The notes under the pieces: model-generated | What the model saw: only the letters and a program-made list of their open reading frames with translations | What the model was told of the DNA's origin: nothing | Databases searched by the model: none | Translations under genes and position numbers: made by a program | NCBI GenBank assembly: GCA_034780895.1 | Contig: JAUZTB010000107.1 | Span: 100,461,783 to 100,525,782, forward strand | Source: Rhynchobatus australiae | Taxonomy: Eukaryota | Direction: 5' to 3' | DNA length: 64,000 bases | In this document: in pieces, positions 1 to 10,700 of the stretch | Layout of the letters: the number at the start of each line of letters is the position of its first letter | Position numbering within the stretch: the first letter of the stretch is position 1

Positions 1-180
1 GGAGGGGAAGAAGCTGTTCCTGAATCGTTGAGTGTGGGTCTTCAGGCTCCTGTACCTCCTCCCCAATGGTAGTAACAAGGAGGGCATGTGCTGGATGGTG
101 AGGGTCCTTAGTGAAGGATGCTGCCTTCTTAAGGCACTGCCTCTTGAAGACGTTGTCAATGGTGGGAAGGGTTGTGTCTC
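1..180 (-). mobile_element. Rex1/Babar-type LINE fragment (continues off the left edge)
   Basis: Similar to 365-535 and 40870-40990 (GAAGAAGCTGTTCC...TTCAGGCTCCTGTACCTCCT...GGATGGTGAGGGTCCTTA); the 365-535 copy is contiguous with RT-like coding sequence. Confidence 0.75.
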
Positions 181-199
181 TACAAAATGCTGATGATTC

Positions 200-890
200 A
201 GAATTCATTTTAATATCATTGACATACTGTATGTCATGAAATTTGTTGTTTTGTGGCAGCAGTACAGTGCAAGACATAAAATTGCTGTTACAAAAATATA
301 AATAGTACAAAAGAGGAATAATGAGGAGTAATGGTCCATGGGTTCATGGACCATTCAGATATCTGATGGTGGAGAGGAAGAAACTGTTCCTTCAGGCTCC
401 TGTACCTTCTCCCCGATCGTAGTAATGCGAAGATGGCATGCCCTGGATGGTGAGGGTCCTTAATGATGGATGCCGCCTTCTTGAGGCACCGCCTCTTGAA
501 GATGTCCTGGATGGCAGGGAGAGTTGTGCCTGTGATGGAACTGGCTGAGTCTACAACCCTCTGCAGCCTCTTTCAATCCTGTGCATTGGAGCCTTGGTAC
601 TAGGCGGTAATGGAACCAGTTAGAATGCTCTCCACCATACGTCTGTAGAAATTTGCAAGAGTCTTAGTGACATACCAAATCTCCTCAAACTCCTAATGAA
701 GTAGAGCCACTGGTGTGCCTTCTTCCTGATTGCATCAATATATTGGGCCTGAGATAGGTCCTCAGAGATGTTGACGCCCAGGAATCTGAAGCTGCTCACC
801 CTTTCCACCGCTGACCCCTCAATGATAACTGGTGTGTGTTCTCTCAATTTCCCCTTCCTGAAGCTCACAATGAATTCCTTGGTCTCGAAG
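200..890 (-). mobile_element. 5'-truncated Rex1/Babar-type LINE (RT C-terminal region plus 3' tail)
   Basis: Minus-strand translation HTPVIIEGSAVERVSSFRFLGVNISEDLS...KKAHQWLYFIRSLRRFGMS resembles the post-RT region of Rex1/Babar non-LTR elements; frame is disrupted. The tail at ~200-290 resembles 40760-40840. Confidence 0.8.
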
Positions 891-967
891 ATGCTGCAAG
901 TAAGTTTTCCATTGCACCTGCGCATACCAGTACTTGTGCATGTGACAATAAACTTGAATTTGAGAAC

Positions 968-1243
968 TGGTAACGCAGCGTTATTACAGCACCAGTGACC
1001 CGGGTTCAATTCCGGCCGCTGTCTGTAAGGAGCTTGTATGTTCTCCCCAGGTGACTGCACGGGTTTCCTCCGGGTGCTCTGGTTTCCTCCCACATTCCAA
1101 AAGACGTACGGGTTAGGAAGTTGCAGGCGTGCTGTGTTGGCGCCGGAATTGTGGCGACACTTGCGGGCTGCCCCCAGAACACTACGCAAAAGGTGCATTC
1201 CACTGTGTGTTTCGATGTATATGCGACTAATAAAGAGATCAAA
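968..1243 (+). mobile_element. tRNA-derived V-domain SINE (elasmobranch HE1-like)
   Basis: Pol III B-box GGTTCAATTCC at ~1004-1014; V-domain-like core GGGTTTCCTCCGGGTGCTCTGGTTTCCTCCCACATTCCAAA; tail with AATAAA; homologous copy on the minus strand at 39460-39750. Confidence 0.85.
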
Positions 1244-1439
1244 TCAGTGGTTCATCACCACCACTCTTGGGACAATTAGGGATGGGCAGTAAATGCTTAT
1301 CCTGTTATGGAATTTTTTAAAAATATAACAACGATATTTCTCAACTTGTGAGTCAAAGGGATGATTAAAGTGCGGGCTTATCTCAGCAGGAGGGGGGTGA
1401 GTGTGGACAGAGCCCTCCCTGCCACACATGGCCCCACAT

Positions 1440-1600
1440 TGACACAGGGAGGAGCGTCTGCGCGCTGACGTCACGGCGCCGTCGGGCGGAGGGAGGAGGA
1501 GAGGACGTTCCCAGGGTGCCGTGCGGCAGGCGGCGAGCCATCTTGCAGTGAGGGGGAGAGAGGGAGAGGGACCGGGCGCTGCCTGAGGGGATAATTTAAT
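1440..1600 (+). promoter_or_regulatory. Probable core promoter of TSC22D2 at the 5' edge of the CpG island
   Basis: Palindromic CRE TGACGTCA 1466-1473, GC box GGGCGG 1484-1489, YY1-type GCCATCTTG 1537-1545, abrupt onset of CpG-rich DNA. The TSS itself cannot be determined from sequence. Confidence 0.7.
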
Positions 1601-1729
1601 AAAGGAGCCCCCCTTTCTTTCAAACCTTCCCCTCCCCTCGCCAACCGGCCTGTGCAGCCAGCTGCCGGGGTGGGTGTGGGTTTAGCGAGCGTGTGGGTGA
1701 GTTAGGTGAAGGCCCCGGCTCCGGGCGGG

Positions 1730-2122
1730 GACCCTCCTCCCTCCTCTCCTTCCTCACCCTACCTACCTCCCTCCTCCTCTCCCTCCATCCTCCTCTCCTA
1801 CCCCCCTCCCTCCTCTATCCTTCCCACACCGTCCCCGGCCCCATTCGCACGGGGAGACCAAGGCGGTGGACGATGGCATCGCTCGGCTGCTCCGGCTAGT
1901 CAGGACAAGCAGCCTTTCCCCTCCCTTCCTCCTCCTCCTCCTCCTCCTCCTCCTCCCCCTCCCCGCCGGCCGGCCGGCTTTCTCTTTCCCTCCCTCCCTC
2001 CCTCCCCCAGGCAGCCGGGGGCCCGAGCTCCCCTGCCTCCAGGGTGAGGAGGAGGAAGAGGAGGAGGAAGGCGCTGCTTGGTGCTGGGGTAGGGAGGAGG
2101 AGGAGGAGGAGGGGGTTGGGGT
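1730..2122. repeat. Low-complexity pyrimidine tracts including (CCT)n followed by (GAG)n purine tracts
   Basis: C/T-rich 1730-1830; (CCT)n ~1928-1955; C/T-rich 1978-2008; (GAG)n ~2046-2070 and ~2093-2112. Confidence 0.9.
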
Positions 2123-2858
2123 CAGGCGGCGTTTCATCTGCGACACCGGCCCGGTCTTCCAGTCTTTCTCTGGAGGAGGAGTGGGGAAGAGAGACCAGTT
2201 AGAGTAGCGGCTGAATTCCTTTTCTTTCCCCCCCACCCCTCCTTTTCCACCCGCCCGGGTAGGGCAGGCTCTCGGAGCCCGGCTCTGTTGCACCCTTCCC
2301 CTCTCCCCACCACCCCCCCCTCCCTCGGACCCGAAGGTTGGGAGGGGGGTAGTTTCAGCCGAGGGGGTGGGGGCCGAGCCGGTGAGATGTGAAGAGGCGC
2401 CGTGACTGAACGACGAGCTGGAGTCACCCACACACGTTGCCCGAGCTGCCGCAGCGGAGAAAAAGTGGAGCGACAGGGCGAGAGACGCGACCCAACGCAC
2501 CTCGTCCGAGCGAAACCCAGCGAGGAGTAGCAGACATGGACACTCTCCGCGGCTGTCGCAGCGTGTGAGAGCAGGGGGGAGGATTTAAAAAAAATCCCTC
2601 TAACCTACAGGACAACCTACAAACTCTTGGAGATTTATTTGCCTAATTATTATCATTTTCTGTTGGGATATTTCCACTGCAAGGAGAAGATGGTCTCTCT
2701 GGCCGCCTGTGAATTATTATAGGACAAGGGTGTTTCAGCAACACTTCAAGCAGGACCACAGACTTTATACTCTGGTGGGTTGTATTTGCAGCCTCTGAGC
2801 GGCGAACAAGGAGGGGAGAGGAGGGATCCTGTGCTGTAGCTGTTTGTTGCCGTTCAAG

Positions 2859-4729
2859 ATGCCGGTGAAAAAGAAGAGCGGTTTCCAGATCACCAGTGTG
2901 ACCACGGCTCAGGTGGCGGCCAGCAGTATCACCGAGGATACCGAGAGCCTGGAGGACCCGGACGAGTCCCGCACCGAGGACATCTCCTCCGAGATCTTCG
3001 ACGTCTCGTCCCGGGCCACCGACTACGAGCATGCCGAGGTGTGCGATCGCAGCTCGTCCGACGAGACCCTCAATAACGTGGGCGAGGCGGACACCCCCGG
3101 GGCGCTCTCGCCCAACATCCCCCACGACCGGGAAACTTTCGGAGGCCGGCTCCCCGGAGCAGGTGGGGGTGGGACGGTCACCCCGGTGCCTGCCAGCGGG
3201 CCTGGTCCCGGGGTCGGGCCCGCCACCGCTCCGGGAGCCACGCCGCCCGCTTCCACGTCGGTGAGCGGCCCCTCCGCCGGGGGGCTGGCCATGCAGCCAG
3301 CGGTAGCTTGCACCTCGCGGTTCAGGGTGATCAAGCTGGACCACGGCTCGGGCGAGCCCTTCCGCAGGGGCCGCTGGACTTGCACCGAGTTTTACGACCG
3401 TGATTCGGACGGCACGGTGCTGGCGAGGTCGGCCGACAGCATCAGGCACAACAACAGCAGTAGCAACGTCGCCTTGGAGCAGCCATGCGCCGACAGAGAC
3501 AGCGGCTTGGGGGCCACGGCCAGTTCCGTTCAGTCCGTGCACGGCACCGACTCCCTGGCTGACACTTCCATCAGCGCCACGGTAACGCAGTTAGCTCAGA
3601 CCGATGTGATCAACCAGCACCAAAGTTTCGTGAAGGGCCAGCAGTCCACAAGCGGGCTTCCAGTGACTCAAGCTGCATCCGGCACTCAGATCTATACTTC
3701 TGCGGTGGGTGCCCAGCAGCATCAATCGCAGAACAGCTTGGGGCAGCTCAATGTTCTGCAAACGGGGATTAATGGCATGGCCATTCATACAGCCAGTGCA
3801 TCAAGCTCCCAGACTAATGTAGCTGCTAATGTTCATGCTTCGCAAGCTCAGCAGTTTCAGTTTTCTCCGATTCCACATTTACTGCCATCTCAATCAACTG
3901 TTCCGAACAGCCACACAGAATATATGCAACATCTGCCGGCCATGCAGGGTCTAGGAACTGTACAGCAATCTTCACCAGGTACAGTAATTCAGAACACCGC
4001 AGCTATGAGCCTTCCTGCTGGTCAAGTGACAAGTCAGGGTCCTTCACCAGCGATGCAGTCACCTGCCAGTGGAACACAGGTTGTAGGAGTGCCAGCCCAG
4101 AGCAGTGATTTGGACAGTCAGAGTGGCCAAGGGAAACAGAATGCTCGGCCAGGTCCTACAAAAGGTTTGATCTTGCAGCAGCAAAGTTTGGGGTCATCCA
4201 CTGTTCAGCAACAACATTTAACCCAACAGCATCAAGCTCTGGGTCTGTCCGGAATGGTCAGTCAGGTGTCTGGGTTACCTACTGTGGCTGCTGGCATCCA
4301 AAATGTGCCTAGTACTGGTGTTTCAAGTGTGCCTGCTGTGGTGCCTAGTGTATCTGCTACGTCTGTTACAATGCCAAGTGTTCCAGCAACAATGGTTCAA
4401 TCCCAGCAAAGTACCCAGACACCAATGACCGGGAGTACTGGCCTAATACAATCTGGGCTTCCTCCTGTGATGCAAGGTTCAATCAACTTATCTTCAATCG
4501 TATCACAGACCAACCTGCTTCAGACACAGCAAGGTACAGGTCACCTGGAAGAGAGACGGAATTCAGAGCAGCTTATACCTCAGGCTTCTCAGTCTGGTGA
4601 AAGCAAGTCCTCCATGAAGCCTCTTATTCCAGAAATTCTTGGTAACCCTTTGAATTTGCAAGTGGCCAGCCCAATGAACAGCCTCACAAATTCTGTGTTC
4701 TCAATACAAATCGATGGAGATGAAGACAG
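2859..4729 (+). CDS. TSC22D2: TSC22 domain family member 2, coding exon 1 (long isoform; 623 codons + 2 nt)
   Basis: [20 protein letters not shown]...[31 protein letters not shown]...[13 protein letters not shown], then [31 protein letters not shown], a Q/S/T/P-rich low-complexity region and terminal IDGDED match the TSC22D2 architecture as I recall it. ATG at 2859 in aagATGc; donor CAG|GTATGT at 4729/4730, phase 2. Confidence 0.95.
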
Positions 4730-7204
4730 GTATGTTATTCTCTGAATAAACATTTGTTCTTATTGGATCAACATACTGTATTCTAATGAGATGGTAAACA
4801 ATTTATAAACAATATTCTTTTTACCCAGAAGTGTTGGTGTTGGGCTGTGGTTTCATGAGTACCAGTACTTTGGGTTATTCGGCAATAGTTCACGTGATCC
4901 TGAACAGTATGTGGGGACGGATTATTGGNNNNNNNNNNCTGTAGGAGTCCTCACAGCTGAGCCTAGTATTTTCCAGCATGGATCATTAAATAGCCCACAG
5001 TAGTGGGAATGCTTTGTTTTCCCTTTGGGAATGCAGAGGCAAATTTAGTAACTTATTTGCTGGCACCTGACTTGACAGCAAAGACAAGGGATCAAAGATA
5101 ACTGTTCTGAACTGAACTAACAGCTTTTGTGCATGTGTTGATGGAGGAGATATCCAGGAAATTGATTATGACAATGAGTCTGGGCTAATGACCCACCTTT
5201 TGGGACTGGTATCAGATGGTCTACATGAGCAGGTGCTCGTCTCTTCCAGAGCCAAGTCCAATTCCATTTATGGTTTGAAATTGCACGGCGTGTTCAGTAG
5301 ATATATTGCCTTTTTAAAAGAAACCTTTTATTCACTTGTGGAGTGAATAAATTACTTCAAAAATGTTATTGTAATTTTGTAGATTGAAATATTTAAACTT
5401 TGATCTATAACAGAAATATGTATAACTATTGTAACCACAGTTATGGTTAACAATCCAATCACAGCATTACATTTCATTAATTTATTAATTTATCCAGCTT
5501 TTATTGCGCCTGTGGAGCATACTTAAATTTAACAATTTGGTATGTAAACACTTTTAAACAGTNNNNNNNNNNNNNNNNNNNNNNNNNNNNNNNNNNNNNN
5601 NNNNNNNNNTGCTGTATCTAGTTAATAGAGCAACCTCATGGCAATAATTTATTCTGATATTCTAATGAATTATCCTCCATCTGAGTGTCACTATCGATTT
5701 TGGTTTAGTTTCTCTAAACTTCCAGTTGGATACCAGTGCCTCCTAATTGTCATGATTTAGTTTTGTTGCAGAAAGAATTTATTCCATATTGTCTACTCTT
5801 TTAAACAATTTTGTATAATTCTACTATACAAACTTCATTTTGAGGATTTTCCTTTGTGTGTTGGGAGGGGGGAGTGCAGAATGACCTTTTGAAAATTGTT
5901 TATTATGGTATGGCAAAAAATGTAGGCAGGAAGCTTTACACCTGATGCAACAATTGATTAATCTATAAACTTTGGAATAATCTAACACTTAAGATCTGAA
6001 GTTTAAAAAAATGTGTTTTTTTTTGCTGCTTATACTGTGATCATTTGCCTATTGCTTAAGAGTTCATTATTTGTTGCATGTCACAGTTTTATAACACCAA
6101 TTTCATAAGGCTTAAATATGACTGAAGCCATTTTTTTTTCCTTAAGCAGACACTTGAACCAGACACTGAATACCTTGAGGTTCATGCCTGTGTATCCTTA
6201 AAGCATGTTATACTGCACCAAATAACCTGTACATCATATTTATACTCTGATGTACAGATTTTATACTGTTGCCATTTGGTAAAACAGTTAAACCAGAAAC
6301 ACTTTAAAAACTAAAATTTAAATATTACACAATAATATNNNNNNNNCCACTGCCAAACATGAGAAAAGAGGATTGATTAAAATTTTGCATATTAGCATCC
6401 TTCAGCTTCATCAAATTTAGAATAGTGTAATAAATTTAGAACTAATCTTTAGTTTGGATTTTGCTTTTGACTCATTCATTTTGTAATGAGTATACTCTTC
6501 CATATTTCTAGTCATTAACGGACTGCCAGTATGATGTTGGGTTACTAGTTGTGGTTACCTGCTTTTAGTGCATTCAAATGAGGTATTGGCTTTCAGTGCC
6601 GCTGGTGTTTGTACATGTAGAGAAATGTGACATAGTTTTAACAGACCTCCATAATTAACAGACTGTCTGGCTTGGGAGAAGTATTATTTCCAGAGTGAAA
6701 TTGTACTTTGACTACCAATGCTGATTTAAAGCAGGATGAGCCAGTGAAGGGCAAACTGTAGTTGCATCAGATATGTTCTATATACCAAAATAAGTACTGG
6801 ATATTGAATACCTATAAAAAGTGAAAAGAATTGCTGGTAGTTGGTCTGTAATTTTGTGACCTAGTTAAGCTACATATTGATATAGCTGTCTGCTTGCATT
6901 TAAAAAAAACAGCAGTCATGTATTTTTGGTAACTTAACCCTTCTTTTGCCTATGTCCATTGGAAGAAAGTGATAGATATATTGTAATTTACTGAGATGTA
7001 TCTTGTACTTTAATTCAGTAATTATTTTGTATTGTCTTTAAAGCCATTTAGTGTTTCTTTAAAGCTGAGAAACCATGAGCTGATAATTGAAGAATTCTTT
7101 TCACAGGCTAGCATTGTGTTGTGTATGATGGATTGAATGCAGTGTTGTTCCAGGTCTCAAGTCCTCTAAATTTACTCTTTTCTTTTGGATTTGTGGGTGT
7201 TTCT

Positions 7205-7305
7205 GGCAAATAGAAATAGAAAACCTACAGCACAGTACAGGCCCTTCGGCCCACAAGGTTGTGCCGAACATGTCCCTACCTTGGAAATTACTAGGCTTAC
7301 CCATA
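7205..7305 (-). mobile_element. Short CR1-type LINE 3' end
   Basis: AAATAGAAATAGAAAACC microsatellite-like tail followed by TACAGCACAGTACAGGCCCTTCGGCCCA, the reverse complement of the CR1-type end seen at 16920-16950 and 53830-53870. Confidence 0.7.
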
Positions 7306-7790
7306 AGATGAGCATTTATTGGCCATCCCTTCTTGAGAGTGCAGATGAGCCAATTGCAGTCCTCATGAATATACTTCAGTGCTCCTTGGTAGGCATTTCC
7401 TGCATTTAAACTGTGACGATGAAGAAACAGTAATACATTTCCATGCAAGGATTTTGTACAACTTCAAGAAAGAGTCAGCAGGTAGTGCTGGTCCAATGTG
7501 CCTGCTGCCCTCGTCTTTCCTGTGGTGGAGGCTGTGGGTTTTGGTGGTGCTATGGAGTAACCTAGGCAAGTAAATGCAGTACATTTTGCAGATACATTGC
7601 AAGCATAGTATGCCAGTGTTGAAGAAAGCAAATGTTTAGTGTGGTGGATAGGGTGATAGTCAAGCTTGTTGCTTATTTAATTTGAGAGAGGTTGCCAGTT
7701 ATTCCTGTGGAAGCTGATAGTTCTTGGGTGTTCTTTGAGTGACAACACCAGTATTGGAGTACTTTCACAAGTCCATGGGACTTTGTTTTG
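7306..7790 (-). mobile_element. Decayed LINE 3' region, same family as 18200-19190 and 60135-61900
   Basis: Shares CTGCTGCCCT(C/T)GTC(T/C)TTC- and GTGGTGGATAGGGTG...TCAAGC-like segments with 18270-18440 and 60350-60490. Confidence 0.5.
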
Positions 7791-10700
7791 TAGTTAGATA
7801 CCCAAACAAGTTCTAGACTAATGGAAGTTTTGACTTCATCTAATATCTCAAGGCACAGCTTGGTGTGAATATATAAACTTCACAATATCTTTTAAAAGAA
7901 TGCAAACAATATATAAGCAGTCAATCTCAAGTCACATAAAATGATCAATGTAGTTAATTTACTGAAATAATCGTACAGATCTTGAAGTTATTAGTAACAG
8001 ATTTCCTTTCACTGAAATTAGGTTGAATGTATGACAGTAGCAAAGGTTTGTTCTTTAGGTCTCAGATGGTATGTTAATTTAACGAGAATGAGAGGGGCAG
8101 ATTGAAGAACCTGTTTTTAATTTGGTGATTTAAGCTTGTGTGTATAGATTGCAGGAACACTTTTCCTGTTTTGGGACAGCAATTTTTGGATAAAATACTG
8201 GGCTTTTCTGTTTTCTGAACACTGAAGGTCATGTGATGCCAATCTCTGAGGCAGGAGCCAGTGGTATGTCTTGGCTAGTAGTTCCCTGTTACTTTTTCTG
8301 AAATGGAAACAGCTGCATATCTTGGATGTGGTGCATTCTAAGGTAAAGGGAAGTATATAATCTCATTCCCCCAAAATACAAGAAAAGAATACTATTTGTT
8401 GCTCTCATCCCAGTTACAGAGGCTTTAAGAAGTTGTAAAGTTAAGATTTTCATTTACTGCATTTCTTGGTTTATGTGAATCATTTCAATTGTGAAATGTA
8501 TGGACCAATGGCTGCTATCATCTGGCACATAACAGCATATGGGATTGAGGACATGGTACAGATAATTTTACAGAACTCGCTAACCTCTCTGAACTCTGGG
8601 CTGTGTTCCAAGATCACACTGAATGGTTGCAATTGTGAAGCCACACTGCAACAAATGCAAAGGGTTCATGGAAATCTGCAGCCTATTTATATCTTCCAGT
8701 TAAAAGTTACTGAGTGGAGTAGTTTCTATAAATTGCCACCAATAATGCATAAAATGCACTGTCAATTTTGTTGCAGGAACACCTCTTTAACAAAAAGTTC
8801 ACAATTTTTCTTTAGGGTTGTGCCTTTCATCTGCAATGAGTTGATTAAAAGGCTTCCAGATAGTATTTTAAAGAAGGAATGTAAACATTGCTATGTACTC
8901 ATAAAGAATCCATACCTGATCTTGGGTGGCCTGGGAAGTTCTGTCCATTTTCACTTTGAGGTTTAGTTTTTCTGAATTGCTCTATAAAAATTATGTGGAT
9001 ATCTGTGGTCATAAATCCGTACAGGGATCTTGGAACTAGTCCTACCTTCCCCTCCCACCACCATCCCCAGCTCGCTGTCTAGTTTTCTTCCCCCTCTCTA
9101 GTTGCTGACTCTTGCTTTGCTACTTTTTTTTCTAGAATGCTGCCAGCTCTGATTCCAACTGCTCTTTGTCACTTAAATAGTGAATGTCAGCAGGCCATTT
9201 TACAGAGAATCATCATTCTTGAGCTTAATCCTCACTTTTGAGCATTCACGTGATTGTATTGTTTGCTGAAAATTTCCGGACATTTGTAGAATTGGTTTGG
9301 TTAGTTTTAACTTGGTTGTTGGAATTAAGTTGACCTTTGTAAATGCTCTGTCCAGTTCTGCAAGTTTGATCTACTTTTAGCACTAGATAAAATCCAGGTA
9401 GTAAGTTAATGCAAGAAAAATATAGTGCATCTGTTGATATGTAGTGTTCTGTAATAGATATGACTTTCTTTAAAAATTTGTGTGGCTGTTTCAGAAATGA
9501 GTGCTTCAAAATTGCATCTTTTTAGATCATAATGCAAGTGAGCCTCCTTCCAGTGGAAGATCCTGCTAATAATTATGGTGATCATTTTTAGAGAAGTATG
9601 GTTCCAGTGAAGTGTATTCTCTGCTCTACTTATAAGTGTTTGGCTCTCACATTCTTGTTTGCACTATTTTTATTTGCCCTGATCTCATCTTCATTATTCA
9701 TTTGTCGGCAGAGAATCTTCTATAATGACTTTCTTTCTGTTCCCAACACTTGCCTCAGGTATTCTACAAGGATCTTTCCTTGGCATCCTCCAATCTCATT
9801 CACCTGCTGCTCGGCAACAACATTTTGATCTCCCCTTGTGGTCTCTAAATTGTCAGACTGCCTGTTTAAACCTGAGTACCAGGTGGAAAGAAATTTCCGG
9901 TGAATACTGGAACAACCAGAATGATTGTTTTTAGTCTATTGCCTAGCTTCCATCATGGGAAATGTTCAAGGCTGAATTAGACTCTAAATCTTGATATGAT
10001 GGATCACCTAGATGAGCTTCGCATCACATCTCCATACCGATGCTAAGACTGATTCCTTAGCATCACCTGACTGTACCCCATTTCAGTGCATTTACTGCTG
10101 AAACCGTGACCCATCCCTTTGTAACTGCTAGGGCTGAACCAAAGCATTTTCTACTCTCATGAACTTTTAAGTTTACAAAGGCTCCTCTTGTGTCCCAACT
10201 TGTTCCAAGAGCTGTCTACCTACCAGCCATGTGTTTGCTAATTTCCTTCAGCCACCGTTTAACCAATTCCTCAGTTCTCAGTGTTCTCCTTTGTTTTCAA
10301 ATCCCTTTCTTGCTTTGCATTTCCCTTTCTCTATAATCTTCTTGAACCCTGTCACCTGATACCTGTACTCCAATCTGTTTGCTTAAGCATCCCCTTTTTT
10401 AAAAAAAATCACATCTTGATAGTTGAAAGTCCTTCCCTAAGCATCTGTCTTTCTCCCTCTTTGCTGTTTTGAGGTTCCCTTTGAAACCCATGTTTTTGAC
10501 TGATCTTTTTCACCCTGTTACTTCCAGATTTTGTTTGATCATATTCTTGCGGTACCTGTGGGATTATTTGCTACATCGAAGGTACTTGTACATTAATAAA
10601 ACCACAGAAACATTGTTTTATTTTAGTTATTGACTTAATAAATATATCTTTTCTCAACAGTCGCATGAAATTCTAAATTCCAAAGTGCTGAAGTCTAAGG

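Larger units (their letters stand above)
1440..3720. promoter_or_regulatory. CpG island over promoter, leader and first half of coding exon 1
   Basis: High GC and frequent CpG compared with the CpG-depleted, AT-rich remainder; short AT-rich dip at ~2580-2780. Confidence 0.85.

Noticed and set aside
968-1020. tRNA-like A/B-box sequence
   Set aside because: SINE head continuing into the V core; no complete cloverleaf.
620-1198. 192-aa minus-strand ORF
   Set aside because: Chimeric read-through of an antisense SINE into a LINE fragment, not a gene.
1693-2500. Several 68-245 aa ORFs on both strands over the leader
   Set aside because: Poly-P/E/S/R products of CCT/GAG repeats in stop-poor GC-rich DNA; no recognisable domain.
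2643-3542. 299-aa antisense ORF
   Set aside because: Shadow of the GC-rich TSC22D2 exon, non-specific sequence.
2859-4729. Assignment as TSC22D1 long isoform or TSC22D4
   Set aside because: Motif 1 sits at the very N-terminus, and [23 protein letters not shown] and the NPSxAFY exon fit TSC22D2 better.
8466-8966. 166-aa ORF in intron 1
   Set aside because: Non-ATG start, no recognisable homology or convincing splice context; compatible with chance.
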